Shown piece after piece: positions 43,829-53,445 of a stretch of 64,000 nucleotides of DNA. Within the stretch, counting starts at the first letter, position 1. The number at the start of each line of letters is the position of its first letter. A program made the position numbers and the translations under genes. Source of the stretch: Planctomycetota bacterium (GTDB lineage: Bacteria > Planctomycetota > GCA-002687715 > CAIWVZ01); contig JBGANV010000001.1 of NCBI GenBank assembly GCA_044222185.1, positions 1,088,001 to 1,152,000 of the forward strand, read 5' to 3'. Under the pieces are notes generated by a model. That model was not told the DNA's origin. It did not search any database and saw only the letters and a list, made by a program, of their open reading frames with translations.

Positions 43829-45637
43829 ATGCCGTCGCCCAAAGCCCCCGAACGCACGCGCAGTGCACGCGAGCTCCTGCGCGCCCTGCGACCGTACACG
43901 CGGCCGCAGCGGCGCTACGTGGGCCTCATCCTGGCGATCCTCCTCGCAGGACTCCCACTCGCCTGGGCGACTCCGTTCCTCGTACAGCGCGTGTTCGACG
44001 ACGCCGTCGCCAACCGGGATCTGGGCGAACTCTGGCGCCTGGCGTTGGGCCTCGGCCTTCTGACGTTCGCGGCGGCGCTGCTTTCCCTCGCTCGCGGGGC
44101 GTGCACGACGCTGTTCCAGAACAAGACGATTCACCGATTGCGGTTGCACCTGTTCCGGGTCAACCAATCGCTCGGCCTCTCGTTCACGCAGGGTCGCGAG
44201 ACCGGCGAGACGATGTCCCGACTCTCCGACGACGCGGCAAACCTGGGCGGCGTCATGGCGGATACCTTCGCGTCGGCCGTCACCGCCACCGTCCAGCTTC
44301 TGGTCGTCGCGGCGATCCTCGTCGTGCGTGAATGGCGGCTTGCGCTGGCGGCGGTGGCCGGTGCGGCAGGACTTCTCGGGATCCAGGCGCTGTTCGTGAA
44401 ACCCCTGAGGCGCCGCAGCACCGACGTTCGCGAACGGGCCGCCGAGCTGAACGCCGGACTGCATCAGGCGCTATCCGGCCACCAGTTGGTGCGTGCCACC
44501 GCCTCGGAGGGGTTCGAAGCGCATCGTTTCGGAGACCTCCTCGCGAGGTCCGTGCGCACGACGGTCGGGCGGGACTTCTTCGGACTGTGGACCGGCCATC
44601 CCACGGTCGTGCTCGGTGGACTCTTCCCACTGATGTTGCTCGTGCTCGCCGGATACCTGATGGCGAAGGGAGAGCTCACACAGGGCCAGCTCTTCGCTTT
44701 CTTCATCCTCCTCGGACAGCTCTTCGACGCAGCGGCCACTCTCGGGCGACTGAACCCCGCGTTCCAGACCTCACTCGCGTCGCTCGATCGGATCGTCGAC
44801 CTGCTGGAAGCGCGGAAGCTCCATCGCCAACCCACGGGCACCCACGTCCTCACGAGGATCGACGGCCGCGTGCGCTTCGAAAGCGTGTCGTTCCGCTACA
44901 GGCCGGCGCCGGACGGTGAACTGGTCCTGCGAGACATCTCGCTCGACGTCGCCGCCGGGACGACGGTCGCGCTCGTCGGTCGAAGCGGAGCCGGCAAGAC
45001 GACGCTGCTCTCCCTGATCCCGCGGTTCTTCGAACCCACGTCGGGAGAGATCTTCGTGGACGACGTCCCCCTGCGCGAAATCGAGGTCCGGTCGCTGCGA
45101 GCGCGGATGGGGCTGGTGCCGCAGGACGTCTTCCTGTTCGACCGCACGATCGCGGAGAACATCCGGTACGGATCGCCCGCAGCGACGCCGGCAGACGTCC
45201 GCGCCGCGGCGGAGGCCGCATGCTGCCTCGACTTCGTCGAAGCGCTGCCGAAGGGATTCGAGACCCGCGTCGGCGAGAGAGGCGTGACGCTCTCCGGCGG
45301 ACAACGACAACGCCTCGCCATCGCCCGCGAAATCCTGCGCGACCCACGCATCATCATCCTCGACGAGGCGACCTCGTCGCTGGATTCCCAAACGGAGCGC
45401 GCCGTCCACACGGCGTTGAGACGGCTGCTCGAAGGACGAACGGCCTTCCTCATCGCCCACCGACTGTCCACCGTCCGGGACGCCGACCTCATCCTCGTGA
45501 TCGACGAAGGCCAGATCGTCGCCCGCGGGACGTACACCGAACTGTTGGCCACGAGCCCCGAGTTCCGGAGGCTCGCACTTCTCCAGGACCTCTCCGCACC
45601 CGAACGAGCCACAGGACCATGGACACCGGCATCCTGA
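43829..45637 (+). CDS. ABC exporter (TMD + NBD, MsbA-like)
   Basis: GRSGAGKTT, LSGGQRQR, ILDEATSSLD, IAHRLST. Confidence 0.92.
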   Translation: MPSPKAPERTRSARELLRALRPYTRPQRRYVGLILAILLAGLPLAWATPFLVQRVFDDAVANRDLGELWRLALGLGLLTFAAALLSLARGACTTLFQNKTIHRLRLHLFRVNQSLGLSFTQGRETGETMSRLSDDAANLGGVMADTFASAVTATVQLLVVAAILVVREWRLALAAVAGAAGLLGIQALFVKPLRRRSTDVRERAAELNAGLHQALSGHQLVRATASEGFEAHRFGDLLARSVRTTVGRDFFGLWTGHPTVVLGGLFPLMLLVLAGYLMAKGELTQGQLFAFFILLGQLFDAAATLGRLNPAFQTSLASLDRIVDLLEARKLHRQPTGTHVLTRIDGRVRFESVSFRYRPAPDGELVLRDISLDVAAGTTVALVGRSGAGKTTLLSLIPRFFEPTSGEIFVDDVPLREIEVRSLRARMGLVPQDVFLFDRTIAENIRYGSPAATPADVRAAAEAACCLDFVEALPKGFETRVGERGVTLSGGQRQRLAIAREILRDPRIIILDEATSSLDSQTERAVHTALRRLLEGRTAFLIAHRLSTVRDADLILVIDEGQIVARGTYTELLATSPEFRRLALLQDLSAPERATGPWTPAS

Positions 45638-46983
45638 CGTTCCTCCCGCCGGGCTGGCGGAGCGACGTGACGCGTCGAAACGACCTGTTTGCGCTGGAAG
45701 AGCGGCTCCGCTTCACGCTTTCGGGCTGGCAGCTCGCACCTGCGCTTGGTGGCGAGCCGTTCCACCCGGATGAACACTTCGTCGACTCCATCTCCGCCGC
45801 GCGACTGCAGCTTCACCACCTCCTCGAGCGCGACGTCCGGGTCATCGTCCTCTTCTTTCCCCAAACCGGCGGTGGGCGTGCGGCGACCGCACTGGTTCGC
45901 TACCTGGACGCCATCGTGAGCCCGCCGCTCCCCGTCGTACTCCTGGGATTCGACGGCCTGGACGGCGGCTCGGGCGAGGCGGCCTGCGTTTCTGCCGAGC
46001 TGCGGCTCGTTCATCGGCGCCATTCCGTCCACGTTGCCACGGTGCAGGAGTCCGATCGTGCGTTCGGCGCGTTCGGCGACGATGTGGAGGTCCTGCGGGA
46101 CGAGGCTCGCAAATTCGAAGTGCGAATGGCGTTCCGCGACGACCTGCGTCGCCATCACCACCTGAGGATCGCCCCGTCGGATCAGGTCCCCCTCCATTGG
46201 CAGATCCCCCGTGCCGATGCGCACGAGAAGGTGGGAATCTCGGTGACCTCGGTCGACGCCGCCGAGTTCCACCGTCGTGTGCGGGAGATCCTTCGCGCCG
46301 ACGGACGACCCATCGATCCGCGCCTGCTGCGCGCCATCGCGATCGATTGCCACCCGACGGAGCCGGCCCATCGGGCCGCTGTGCTCGTCGCCCGCGACCT
46401 GGCGGATGAATGTCATGCGCAGAGCGTGGCCCTCGGGCCCCAACTCGGATCACGGCTGTCTGGAGCGCGGATCGCCACGGGGATCAGCCAGCTCACCGGC
46501 CCGGACGGAACCGCATGGCCGTCGATCGCGGCAGTCGCCGATGGTGACGACGCGGGTGCTCTCACGCAGGCGATTCTCCAGCGCGCGTTGCCCGAACCGA
46601 CGCTGCGCGCGCCCTCGCGCTTCAACGACCCTGGACAACTCCGGCCGGCTCGCGCAGCCGCGACGCTCACGATCCGACACTTCGCCGACGGTGAGATGAT
46701 CCTGGATGGTGCTCCCTGGCAGGTCCCCGACGGCGCGACGTCGAATTCGTTGACGTGCGCGCGGGTCGTCTTCGCCCCCGAAGGTCCACGCCTCTTTCAC
46801 CTCCAGGCAGCGCCGCTATCTCCGGGGCCGATCGACGGAACGTGGCGCCTGTGCGTGAAGCATTCACGTGCGGCGTTGCTCCGAGCCTGGCCATCCGATC
46901 GCATCACGCTGATCGCGGGTGACTGCGCCGCACGCGTCGCCGAGCTCGCACGATCGTGCGGCCTCAGCGCCCATTCACCGTGA
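45619..46983 (+). CDS. Hypothetical protein, possibly a degenerate L-fucose/L-arabinose isomerase-like fold
   Basis: Overlaps the ABC stop; VADGDDAGALTQAIL resembles the isomerase (C)EGD..GALT motif. Confidence 0.45.
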   Translation: MDTGILTFLPPGWRSDVTRRNDLFALEERLRFTLSGWQLAPALGGEPFHPDEHFVDSISAARLQLHHLLERDVRVIVLFFPQTGGGRAATALVRYLDAIVSPPLPVVLLGFDGLDGGSGEAACVSAELRLVHRRHSVHVATVQESDRAFGAFGDDVEVLRDEARKFEVRMAFRDDLRRHHHLRIAPSDQVPLHWQIPRADAHEKVGISVTSVDAAEFHRRVREILRADGRPIDPRLLRAIAIDCHPTEPAHRAAVLVARDLADECHAQSVALGPQLGSRLSGARIATGISQLTGPDGTAWPSIAAVADGDDAGALTQAILQRALPEPTLRAPSRFNDPGQLRPARAAATLTIRHFADGEMILDGAPWQVPDGATSNSLTCARVVFAPEGPRLFHLQAAPLSPGPIDGTWRLCVKHSRAALLRAWPSDRITLIAGDCAARVAELARSCGLSAHSP

Positions 46984-49096
46984 TGCGAAGGATCATCGAG
47001 GCGCCGGCTGCCATGGGGACGTGAGCCACCCCGCGATCCAGTGGCAGGTCACCCCCGCTCGGGAGGGCCCGAAGCCCCAATCCGGCAGGCACACAGACGT
47101 CGCGAACGCCGGCGGCTCGGGCCGTGATCGCGAGGATCGCGCCATTGACGGAGCACCAATCTCCGCTCGCCATCCAAACGTGAACGCCCGCGTCCCGGGC
47201 GAGTCGCCGAAGAACGTGCGCAGGGACCACGGCGTCTGCCGAATAGCTGACCTGCCTTCCGCTCACGTGCCCGCGGAACAACGCGGGCTCCGCCGTGGCC
47301 GCGTGCACGCCGAGGACGTCCACCTCCTCCGGGCGCGCGCTCACGAGCCATGGCTGCCAGAACCGGCGACCGAAGCCCGATGGCTCACCAGCGACGAGTA
47401 GATCGGGGGCGGTCAACCGCACCTCCACGGGACTCGCTCGCGAGATCGCCGTCGCGGGCAGTCCCGTGACCTGCGCCACGCCGGGCCCCTCGCCCGCCGA
47501 CGTCGGCGCCAGCCCCACGGCACCGATGAACAACGCGCCCTTTGCGCCGCGAACCAGCCGGCGCACGCGCTCCAGCGTCCGCGCCTCGACCCGAAAGAGG
47601 TTCGGAAACACGAGCCACGTGTATCCGTGGGACTCATCGAGTTCGTCGAGCAGCACGGCTTCGTGCGACACGCCGGCGCGACTCAACTCGGTCATCTGCC
47701 TCGGGATCACGTCGGCATACCGGTCGGACCAATAGTCGGTGACGGCCAGCGAGTCCTCGTCGATGACGAATGCCACGTCGACCCGCGGCGGAGCCGACCA
47801 GGGCTCGCGCGCGCAACTCACCACCTCCGTGACCGCAGCCAGCGTCGCCGGGTCGTCGTAGAACGAGCCCGTCATGTCGAACCACCAGAAGCCCATGCCA
47901 TTGGCGAGCGCCAGGCCTGCTTCGCGGACCTGCGCCGACGCCGTCAGCGAAGGTGTCTCCGTCCAGCCGTACCCGGCGTTGTCGAAGAGGAGGTGCGTTC
48001 GCACGTCATTTTCGTGGAACGCGGCCTTGCCGGCGCGCCTCAACGACCCCAGCGGCATCATCGTCTGGGCGGCCCCGCGCCGCAGATCGCGATTGGTGTA
48101 GGAGCCCGGACTCGCGAGGAAGTCGACGCGGGGATCGGCGAGGAGCTGGCTCAACCCCAGGTGTCCGCCGTGAAACACCCCCTCGCCGTGGAAGGGCATC
48201 TCGATGAGGTAGCCGAAGAAGGCCCCGGCGAACCAACGCCCACCCGACTCCTCGCCGATGACGCCGCAGAGGTCTCCGATGAACGTTGCGGCCTCGTCTG
48301 CGAGGAACGCGTCGAAGTCGAGCACCCAGGCCTGCGCCCTGGGATCGCGGAAACGCGCGACGCTCGGCCGGCGGCGAAGTTGTTTCGGGGGGATTTCGAT
48401 CCGGTCAGGGTCGACGGGCACGCCCCAGCGTTCCGCCAACGCATTGGGTCCCGGGTACCTCGACAGGGCCCAATCGGCGAACGCCACACGCGCCGGCTCG
48501 CTGTAATCCGGGAGCCAACCCTCCATCGTTCCGACCTGGAACCACTCCTCGGTGTTGCCGGACGCGACGAGGATTCCGCCGACGTTCTCGCCGTAGTCCT
48601 GCCGCGCCACGTGTCGGGCGAAGTGCCGGAGGTTCTCGGCCGCCGCAGCTCGCCAGGCTCGAGAGCTCCACGAAACGCAGGTCGACTTGGAGTAGCCGTG
48701 GAGAAACGGATCCTCCGGGCGTCGGTCCGCGAACGTCACGAGTTCCTGCGGATGTTCAGCGTCCCACCACGGCGGCGAACACAGATGTACCCGCGGAATC
48801 AGGCACGCATCGGGCGCGCCCGCCAGGGCCGCCCGAGCCCGGCGATCCAGCTCCGCGTAGTCGTAGGTTCCTGGAGCCGTCCAGACCGGCTGTGCGAGAC
48901 GGTAGGGATGGAAGTCGGCGGTTGCCGTGAATGAAACCCCGACGACTCCGGCCTCACGGAACCTGCGGACCGCCTCCGCGTCGGGGTCGGGCGTGCAGTA
49001 GAAGAGCGGGGGTTCCCGCCGCCCGCGCCATTCGATCCACCATCGGCCTCCGTCGCTTCGGAGGGCGTGCGACGGGCGGACCGGCTTCGGTGCCAT
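46964..49096 (-). CDS. Glycoside hydrolase, GH42/beta-galactosidase-like
   Basis: PPWW...HP.E, G..EEW, DYS.P...AF, FHEND.RT, C-terminal trimerisation-like region. Confidence 0.7.
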   Translation of the reverse strand: MAPKPVRPSHALRSDGGRWWIEWRGRREPPLFYCTPDPDAEAVRRFREAGVVGVSFTATADFHPYRLAQPVWTAPGTYDYAELDRRARAALAGAPDACLIPRVHLCSPPWWDAEHPQELVTFADRRPEDPFLHGYSKSTCVSWSSRAWRAAAAENLRHFARHVARQDYGENVGGILVASGNTEEWFQVGTMEGWLPDYSEPARVAFADWALSRYPGPNALAERWGVPVDPDRIEIPPKQLRRRPSVARFRDPRAQAWVLDFDAFLADEAATFIGDLCGVIGEESGGRWFAGAFFGYLIEMPFHGEGVFHGGHLGLSQLLADPRVDFLASPGSYTNRDLRRGAAQTMMPLGSLRRAGKAAFHENDVRTHLLFDNAGYGWTETPSLTASAQVREAGLALANGMGFWWFDMTGSFYDDPATLAAVTEVVSCAREPWSAPPRVDVAFVIDEDSLAVTDYWSDRYADVIPRQMTELSRAGVSHEAVLLDELDESHGYTWLVFPNLFRVEARTLERVRRLVRGAKGALFIGAVGLAPTSAGEGPGVAQVTGLPATAISRASPVEVRLTAPDLLVAGEPSGFGRRFWQPWLVSARPEEVDVLGVHAATAEPALFRGHVSGRQVSYSADAVVPAHVLRRLARDAGVHVWMASGDWCSVNGAILAITARAAGVRDVCVPAGLGLRALPSGGDLPLDRGVAHVPMAAGASMILRITVNGR

Positions 49097-49105
49097 CGGT
49101 CGAGC

Positions 49106-50548
49106 TCAGTCGCGGACGAACCGCCTGGCGAAATCCATCGGATCGACACCCGAGTCGTTCATGACCTGGAAGACGGCGAGGTTGGCCTGGTGCCGTGAGG
49201 TTCGCAGCGTCGCCTCCTGTTCAGCGACGAGGGCCTCGCCCTCGAGGACCTCGCGCCCCGTCGCCACCCCGGCACGCAGCTGTTCCTCGAGAATCCGGAG
49301 GTTCTCGCGGGCCGAACCCACGGACGTGGTTGCTGCCGCGAGCGCCGATTGCTTCTCGACGGCCCTTCGGAAGTTGTCCAGGATGCGCTGCTCGAGCTGG
49401 CGAAGCGTCGCCGTCACGGCCCAGGCGCTCTCGACGATCTGGGCTTCGAGCCCCGCCGAACGCGCCTCGATGCGACCGCTCAAGTCCGGATTCCAGTTCA
49501 ACGAGAGGAAGCCTGCGATGTTCGTGTTCGGCTGACTCAACGAGTCGCTCGTGAACGTCAGTTGAGGGCCGACGCTCAACTCGGGCCAGTTCGCCCGGCG
49601 GTTCGACTCCAATTCGTGGAGCAGTGCCTGGCGCGTCTCCACGAGGACGTCGACCGACGGGTTGTCGTATCGAGCGCGGTCCAGCAGTTCGATGACGTTC
49701 GTCGGGAGCGCGATCACCTCCTGCCACGGGACGACCTCCGTCGGGTGATCGATGGGCAGGCCGACGGCTGCGTTCAGCGCACGGCGCGACTGAGCCACGG
49801 CGCTGGCGATCTCCTCGCCGCGCTGGCGCGTGTTCGTGAGTGCCACCTCCACGACGAGCACGTCGTTCCGGCGCAGCAACCCGGCGTCGAAACGCGCTTG
49901 GGCATCCGCGAGTTCCCGAGATTGAGCGGCGATGGACGCTCGGTTGACGTCGCCGAGTTCCTGAGCCTGGAGCATCGTGAAATAGGCCTGCGCCACGAGG
50001 AAGCGTTGTTCGCGTCCTGCGGCGGCGAGGCGTTGCTCCGCGCTCCGGTAGCGTGCCTGGGCGGCCCGAACGGACTCCGCGAGCCGACCGCTGACGTCGA
50101 GCGGAATCGAAAGGTCGATCGTGAGATCGACGACGGTCTTGTCCTGATGGAAGAACGCGTTTCCGGGGGCCTTGGCCTTGGACTGGAGGCCTGCACGGAT
50201 CTCGAAGTTGGGGCGCAGCGCCGATCGTGCCTCGTCCACGCCAGCGGAAGCCTGGGCGACCTGGGCGCGAACCGTCTGCAGGTCGATGGATCCACCCTCG
50301 ACGCTCTCGAGCAGTTCGACGAGGGAGACCGGGCGCCCCGGCTCCAAGCGAACCGTCGTCGCCTCGGCTCGGAGCGCGACGAACGCGTCCCGTTCATCCT
50401 TCGATTGAGAAACGCCCCGCTGGCTCTGCATCTCCTCGGAGAGCGTGCACGCACCGAGCGTCGCGACGCCCACGAGCAGCACCGCATAGCCGATCGGTTC
50501 CAAGAGGCGACACATGCGGTGGATCGCTCGTTCGTGGTTGATGGTCAC
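49106..50548 (-). CDS. TolC-family outer membrane efflux protein
   Basis: Lipobox-like TLGAC; OEP repeats VAQAYF...RFDAGL and ...LRAGVAT; start uncertain. Confidence 0.85.
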   Translation of the reverse strand: MTINHERAIHRMCRLLEPIGYAVLLVGVATLGACTLSEEMQSQRGVSQSKDERDAFVALRAEATTVRLEPGRPVSLVELLESVEGGSIDLQTVRAQVAQASAGVDEARSALRPNFEIRAGLQSKAKAPGNAFFHQDKTVVDLTIDLSIPLDVSGRLAESVRAAQARYRSAEQRLAAAGREQRFLVAQAYFTMLQAQELGDVNRASIAAQSRELADAQARFDAGLLRRNDVLVVEVALTNTRQRGEEIASAVAQSRRALNAAVGLPIDHPTEVVPWQEVIALPTNVIELLDRARYDNPSVDVLVETRQALLHELESNRRANWPELSVGPQLTFTSDSLSQPNTNIAGFLSLNWNPDLSGRIEARSAGLEAQIVESAWAVTATLRQLEQRILDNFRRAVEKQSALAAATTSVGSARENLRILEEQLRAGVATGREVLEGEALVAEQEATLRTSRHQANLAVFQVMNDSGVDPMDFARRFVRD

Positions 50549-50549
50549 G

Positions 50550-51422
50550 TCACTCCGCGACTGCGGTGGACTTGGTTGCAAAGCGCTTCATCGTCTCCGG
50601 CTTGTATGTGAACAAGAGGTCGACGAGCTGCGCGAGCGTGTGCTTGAGTTCGTGGCGCTTGACGATCTTGTCCACGAACCCGTGCTCGAGCTGGAACTCG
50701 GATCGCTGGAACCCTTCCGGCAGATCCGTTCGCAGCGTCTCCTGGATGACTCGGGGCCCGGCGAACCCGATCAAGGCGTCCGGCTCGGCGACGATGACGT
50801 CGCCCAGGGCGGCGAACGATGCCGTGACGCCACCCGTCGTGGGATCCGTGAGCACACAGATGCAGAGCCCACCGCTCTTGTCCAGCCGGTGGAGAGCGCC
50901 GGAGGTCTTGGCCATCTGCATGAGCGAGAGGACGCCCTCGTGCATGCGGGCTCCGCCCGACGCGCTCACGAGGACTGCGGGGATCTTGAGCTCGGTTGCG
51001 AGTTCGACGGCCCGCGCAACCTTCTCCCCCACGACGGAGCCCATGGACCCGCCCATGAATCCGAAGTCGAGGACGCAGAGCGAAACGGGCTTCCCTTCGA
51101 TGAGCCCGACGCCGGCGATCGCGGCCTCGGTCTCACCGGACTTGATGACGGTGCGCGCGAGCTTCTCCGGATAGGGCTCCTTGTCGACGAAGCCGAGGAA
51201 ATCCCTGGGGTAGAGCTGGTTCCACATCTCGTCGAACGTGCCTTCGTCCACGAGGGAATCGACCCGACGGCGACCTGCAAGGAGGGAGTGCGCTCCGCAG
51301 TGCATGCAGACGTTCAGGTTCTTCTCGAAATCCTTCTGGAAGAGCGTCTGGTTGCACTTCTTGCATTTGATCCAGAGCCCCTCGGGCATGTCCTTCTTCT
51401 TGCCGAAGCTCCTCCAGCGCAT
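50550..51422 (-). CDS. accD: Acetyl-CoA carboxylase carboxyltransferase beta
   Basis: GLWIKCKKC zinc finger, FMGGSMGSVVGEK, SGGARM, IGFAGPRVI. Confidence 0.97.
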   Translation of the reverse strand: MRWRSFGKKKDMPEGLWIKCKKCNQTLFQKDFEKNLNVCMHCGAHSLLAGRRRVDSLVDEGTFDEMWNQLYPRDFLGFVDKEPYPEKLARTVIKSGETEAAIAGVGLIEGKPVSLCVLDFGFMGGSMGSVVGEKVARAVELATELKIPAVLVSASGGARMHEGVLSLMQMAKTSGALHRLDKSGGLCICVLTDPTTGGVTASFAALGDVIVAEPDALIGFAGPRVIQETLRTDLPEGFQRSEFQLEHGFVDKIVKRHELKHTLAQLVDLLFTYKPETMKRFATKSTAVAE

Positions 51423-51423
51423 G

Positions 51424-52095
51424 TCAGGTCTCCTTCACCGCTGCCGGCAGTGCCGACGCGGCGCGCTCGCGAAGTCGCGCAATCGAGGCCGCCCGATCCT
51501 TCTGACCGAACACGGCGGAGCCAGCCACCATCACCGTCGCGCCTGCGGCGGCGGCCGCTCCGATCGTGTCTGCGTTGATGCCGCCGTCGATCTCCAGATC
51601 CCCCTCGAAACCCATCTGCCGCAGTTCGCGAAGCTTGGGCAGAACCTCGGGCATGAAGCGCTGTCCACCGAAGCCCGGATGAACCGACATCACGAGGATC
51701 ATGTGGAGTCTGCCGAGGTGGGGTCGGAGCCCGGCGACCGACGTCTGCGGGTTGACCACCATGGCGGGCTTGACACCCAGCGCCTGCAGATGATCGATGA
51801 CGGGGCTCGGATCCTTCACCGCCTCCAGGTGGAACGAGATGATGTCCGCACCCGCCTCCGCGAACGGTTTCGCGTAGGTCATGGGGTCGGTGATCATCAG
51901 ATGGGCGTCGAGTGTCATGGTCGTCGCCTGCCGGATCGAGGCGACGAGAGGAGGTCCGAACGTGATGTTGGGGACGAAGTGCCCGTCCATCACGTCGAGG
52001 TGAAGGAGGTCCGCCCCGCCCTTGCGTACGGAGTCGATCTCTTCGGAGAGTCGCGTGAAGTCCGCCGCGAGGACGGATGGTGCGATCTTGATCAT
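51424..52095 (-). CDS. rpe: Ribulose-phosphate 3-epimerase
   Basis: IAPSVLAAD, HLDVMDGHFVPNITFG, MSVHPGFGGQ, EIDGG. Confidence 0.97.
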   Translation of the reverse strand: MIKIAPSVLAADFTRLSEEIDSVRKGGADLLHLDVMDGHFVPNITFGPPLVASIRQATTMTLDAHLMITDPMTYAKPFAEAGADIISFHLEAVKDPSPVIDHLQALGVKPAMVVNPQTSVAGLRPHLGRLHMILVMSVHPGFGGQRFMPEVLPKLRELRQMGFEGDLEIDGGINADTIGAAAAAGATVMVAGSAVFGQKDRAASIARLRERAASALPAAVKET

Positions 52096-52131
52096 GTCTC
52101 CGGTCTCCGCGTCCCCGGGCTCGCGATCATC

Positions 52132-53313
52132 CTATGCCCGATCCTTCAGGCACGCGATGCCGGGGAGGATCTTCCCTTCGATCAGCTCCAGGCTGGCGCC
52201 GCCCCCCGTCGACACGTGAGCCATCTTCGACGCGAGGCCGAACTTGTTCACCGCGGCAGCCGAATCTCCGCCGCCGACGATCGTCACCGCCGTCGACGCA
52301 GCGCAGGCTTCGGCGACCGCCTTCGTTCCCTCGGCGAACGGCGTCATCTCGAAGACGCCCATGGGGCCGTTCCAAAGCACCGTCTTCGCGTTCATGATCT
52401 GGTCGCGGAAGATTCGCATCGTCCCGGGACCGATGTCGAGCCCCATCCATCCGTGGGGAATCTGACCGACCTCGAGGCGACGCTCCGCCGTCTCCTTGAA
52501 CTCGTTCGCGCACAAGTGGTCCGTGGGAAGGTGAAGAGCGATCCCCTTCGCGCTGGCGTCGTAGATGATCTTCCGCGCGAGTTCGACCTTGTCCGGCTCG
52601 ACCTTCGAGTTGCCGATCGGGACTCCCTGCGCCGCGAGGAACGTGTAGGCCATTCCGCCGCCGATGAGGATCGAATCGACGCGCGTCATCAGGGACTCGA
52701 TCACGAGGATCTTGTCCGAGACCTTGGCTCCGCCGAGGATCGCGACGAAGGGGCGGACCGGATGGCCCATGATCTTGTCGAACGCTGCCAGCTCCTTTTC
52801 GACGAGGAACCCTGCGACGGCCGGCATGAAGGCTGCCACACCGCTCACGGAGGCGTGGGCGCGGTGAGACGACCCGAACGCGTCGTTGACGAAGACATCC
52901 CCGAGGCTCGCCAGGGCCTTGGCGAATTCCGGCGTGTTCTTCGTCTCCCCCGGCCAGAACCGCACGTTCTCGAGCAGCAGGGCCTCGCCATCCTTCAGGG
53001 CGGCGACGGCCTTGGCGGCCTCGGGCGCGACGATGTCCGACACGAGCCCGACCTTCTGCCCGAGTTCCTTGGACAAGCGCTCGGCGACCGGCGCGAGCGA
53101 CGCCTCTGGCATGCGCTCTCCGTCGGGACGCCCGAGATGGGACATCATGACGAGGCGTCCGCCCTGCGAGATCACGTGGCGGATCGTCGCCAGGCTTTCG
53201 GTGATGCGCGTGGCATCCGTGATGACACCGTTCTTCAGGGGCACGTTGAAGTCGGCCCGCATGAGAACGCGCCGGCCTTTGAGGGGAATGTCGCGAACGG
53301 TGAGCTTGTTCAT
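52132..53313 (-). CDS. pgk: Phosphoglycerate kinase
   Basis: RADFNVP, SHLGRP, NDAFG..HRAHAS, WNGPMGVFE, GGGDS, STGGGASLE. Confidence 0.98.
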   Translation of the reverse strand: MNKLTVRDIPLKGRRVLMRADFNVPLKNGVITDATRITESLATIRHVISQGGRLVMMSHLGRPDGERMPEASLAPVAERLSKELGQKVGLVSDIVAPEAAKAVAALKDGEALLLENVRFWPGETKNTPEFAKALASLGDVFVNDAFGSSHRAHASVSGVAAFMPAVAGFLVEKELAAFDKIMGHPVRPFVAILGGAKVSDKILVIESLMTRVDSILIGGGMAYTFLAAQGVPIGNSKVEPDKVELARKIIYDASAKGIALHLPTDHLCANEFKETAERRLEVGQIPHGWMGLDIGPGTMRIFRDQIMNAKTVLWNGPMGVFEMTPFAEGTKAVAEACAASTAVTIVGGGDSAAAVNKFGLASKMAHVSTGGGASLELIEGKILPGIACLKDRA

Positions 53314-53445
53314 GTCGGTCGGAGTTCCGGCTTCAAGTTCGACGTGATCGTTGGTGCGGGTCTTAGCACACGGGGTCCCTGGCATCGACCGTCCGACGCG
53401 CGGCGACTATCATCGAACGGAGGCCCCGCCGAACCCGGCCCGCGC

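Noticed and set aside
51238-53445. 1209-aa ORF implying a giant TilS fusion
   Set aside because: The upstream part is the antisense shadow of accD/rpe/pgk; TilS begins at ~53446.
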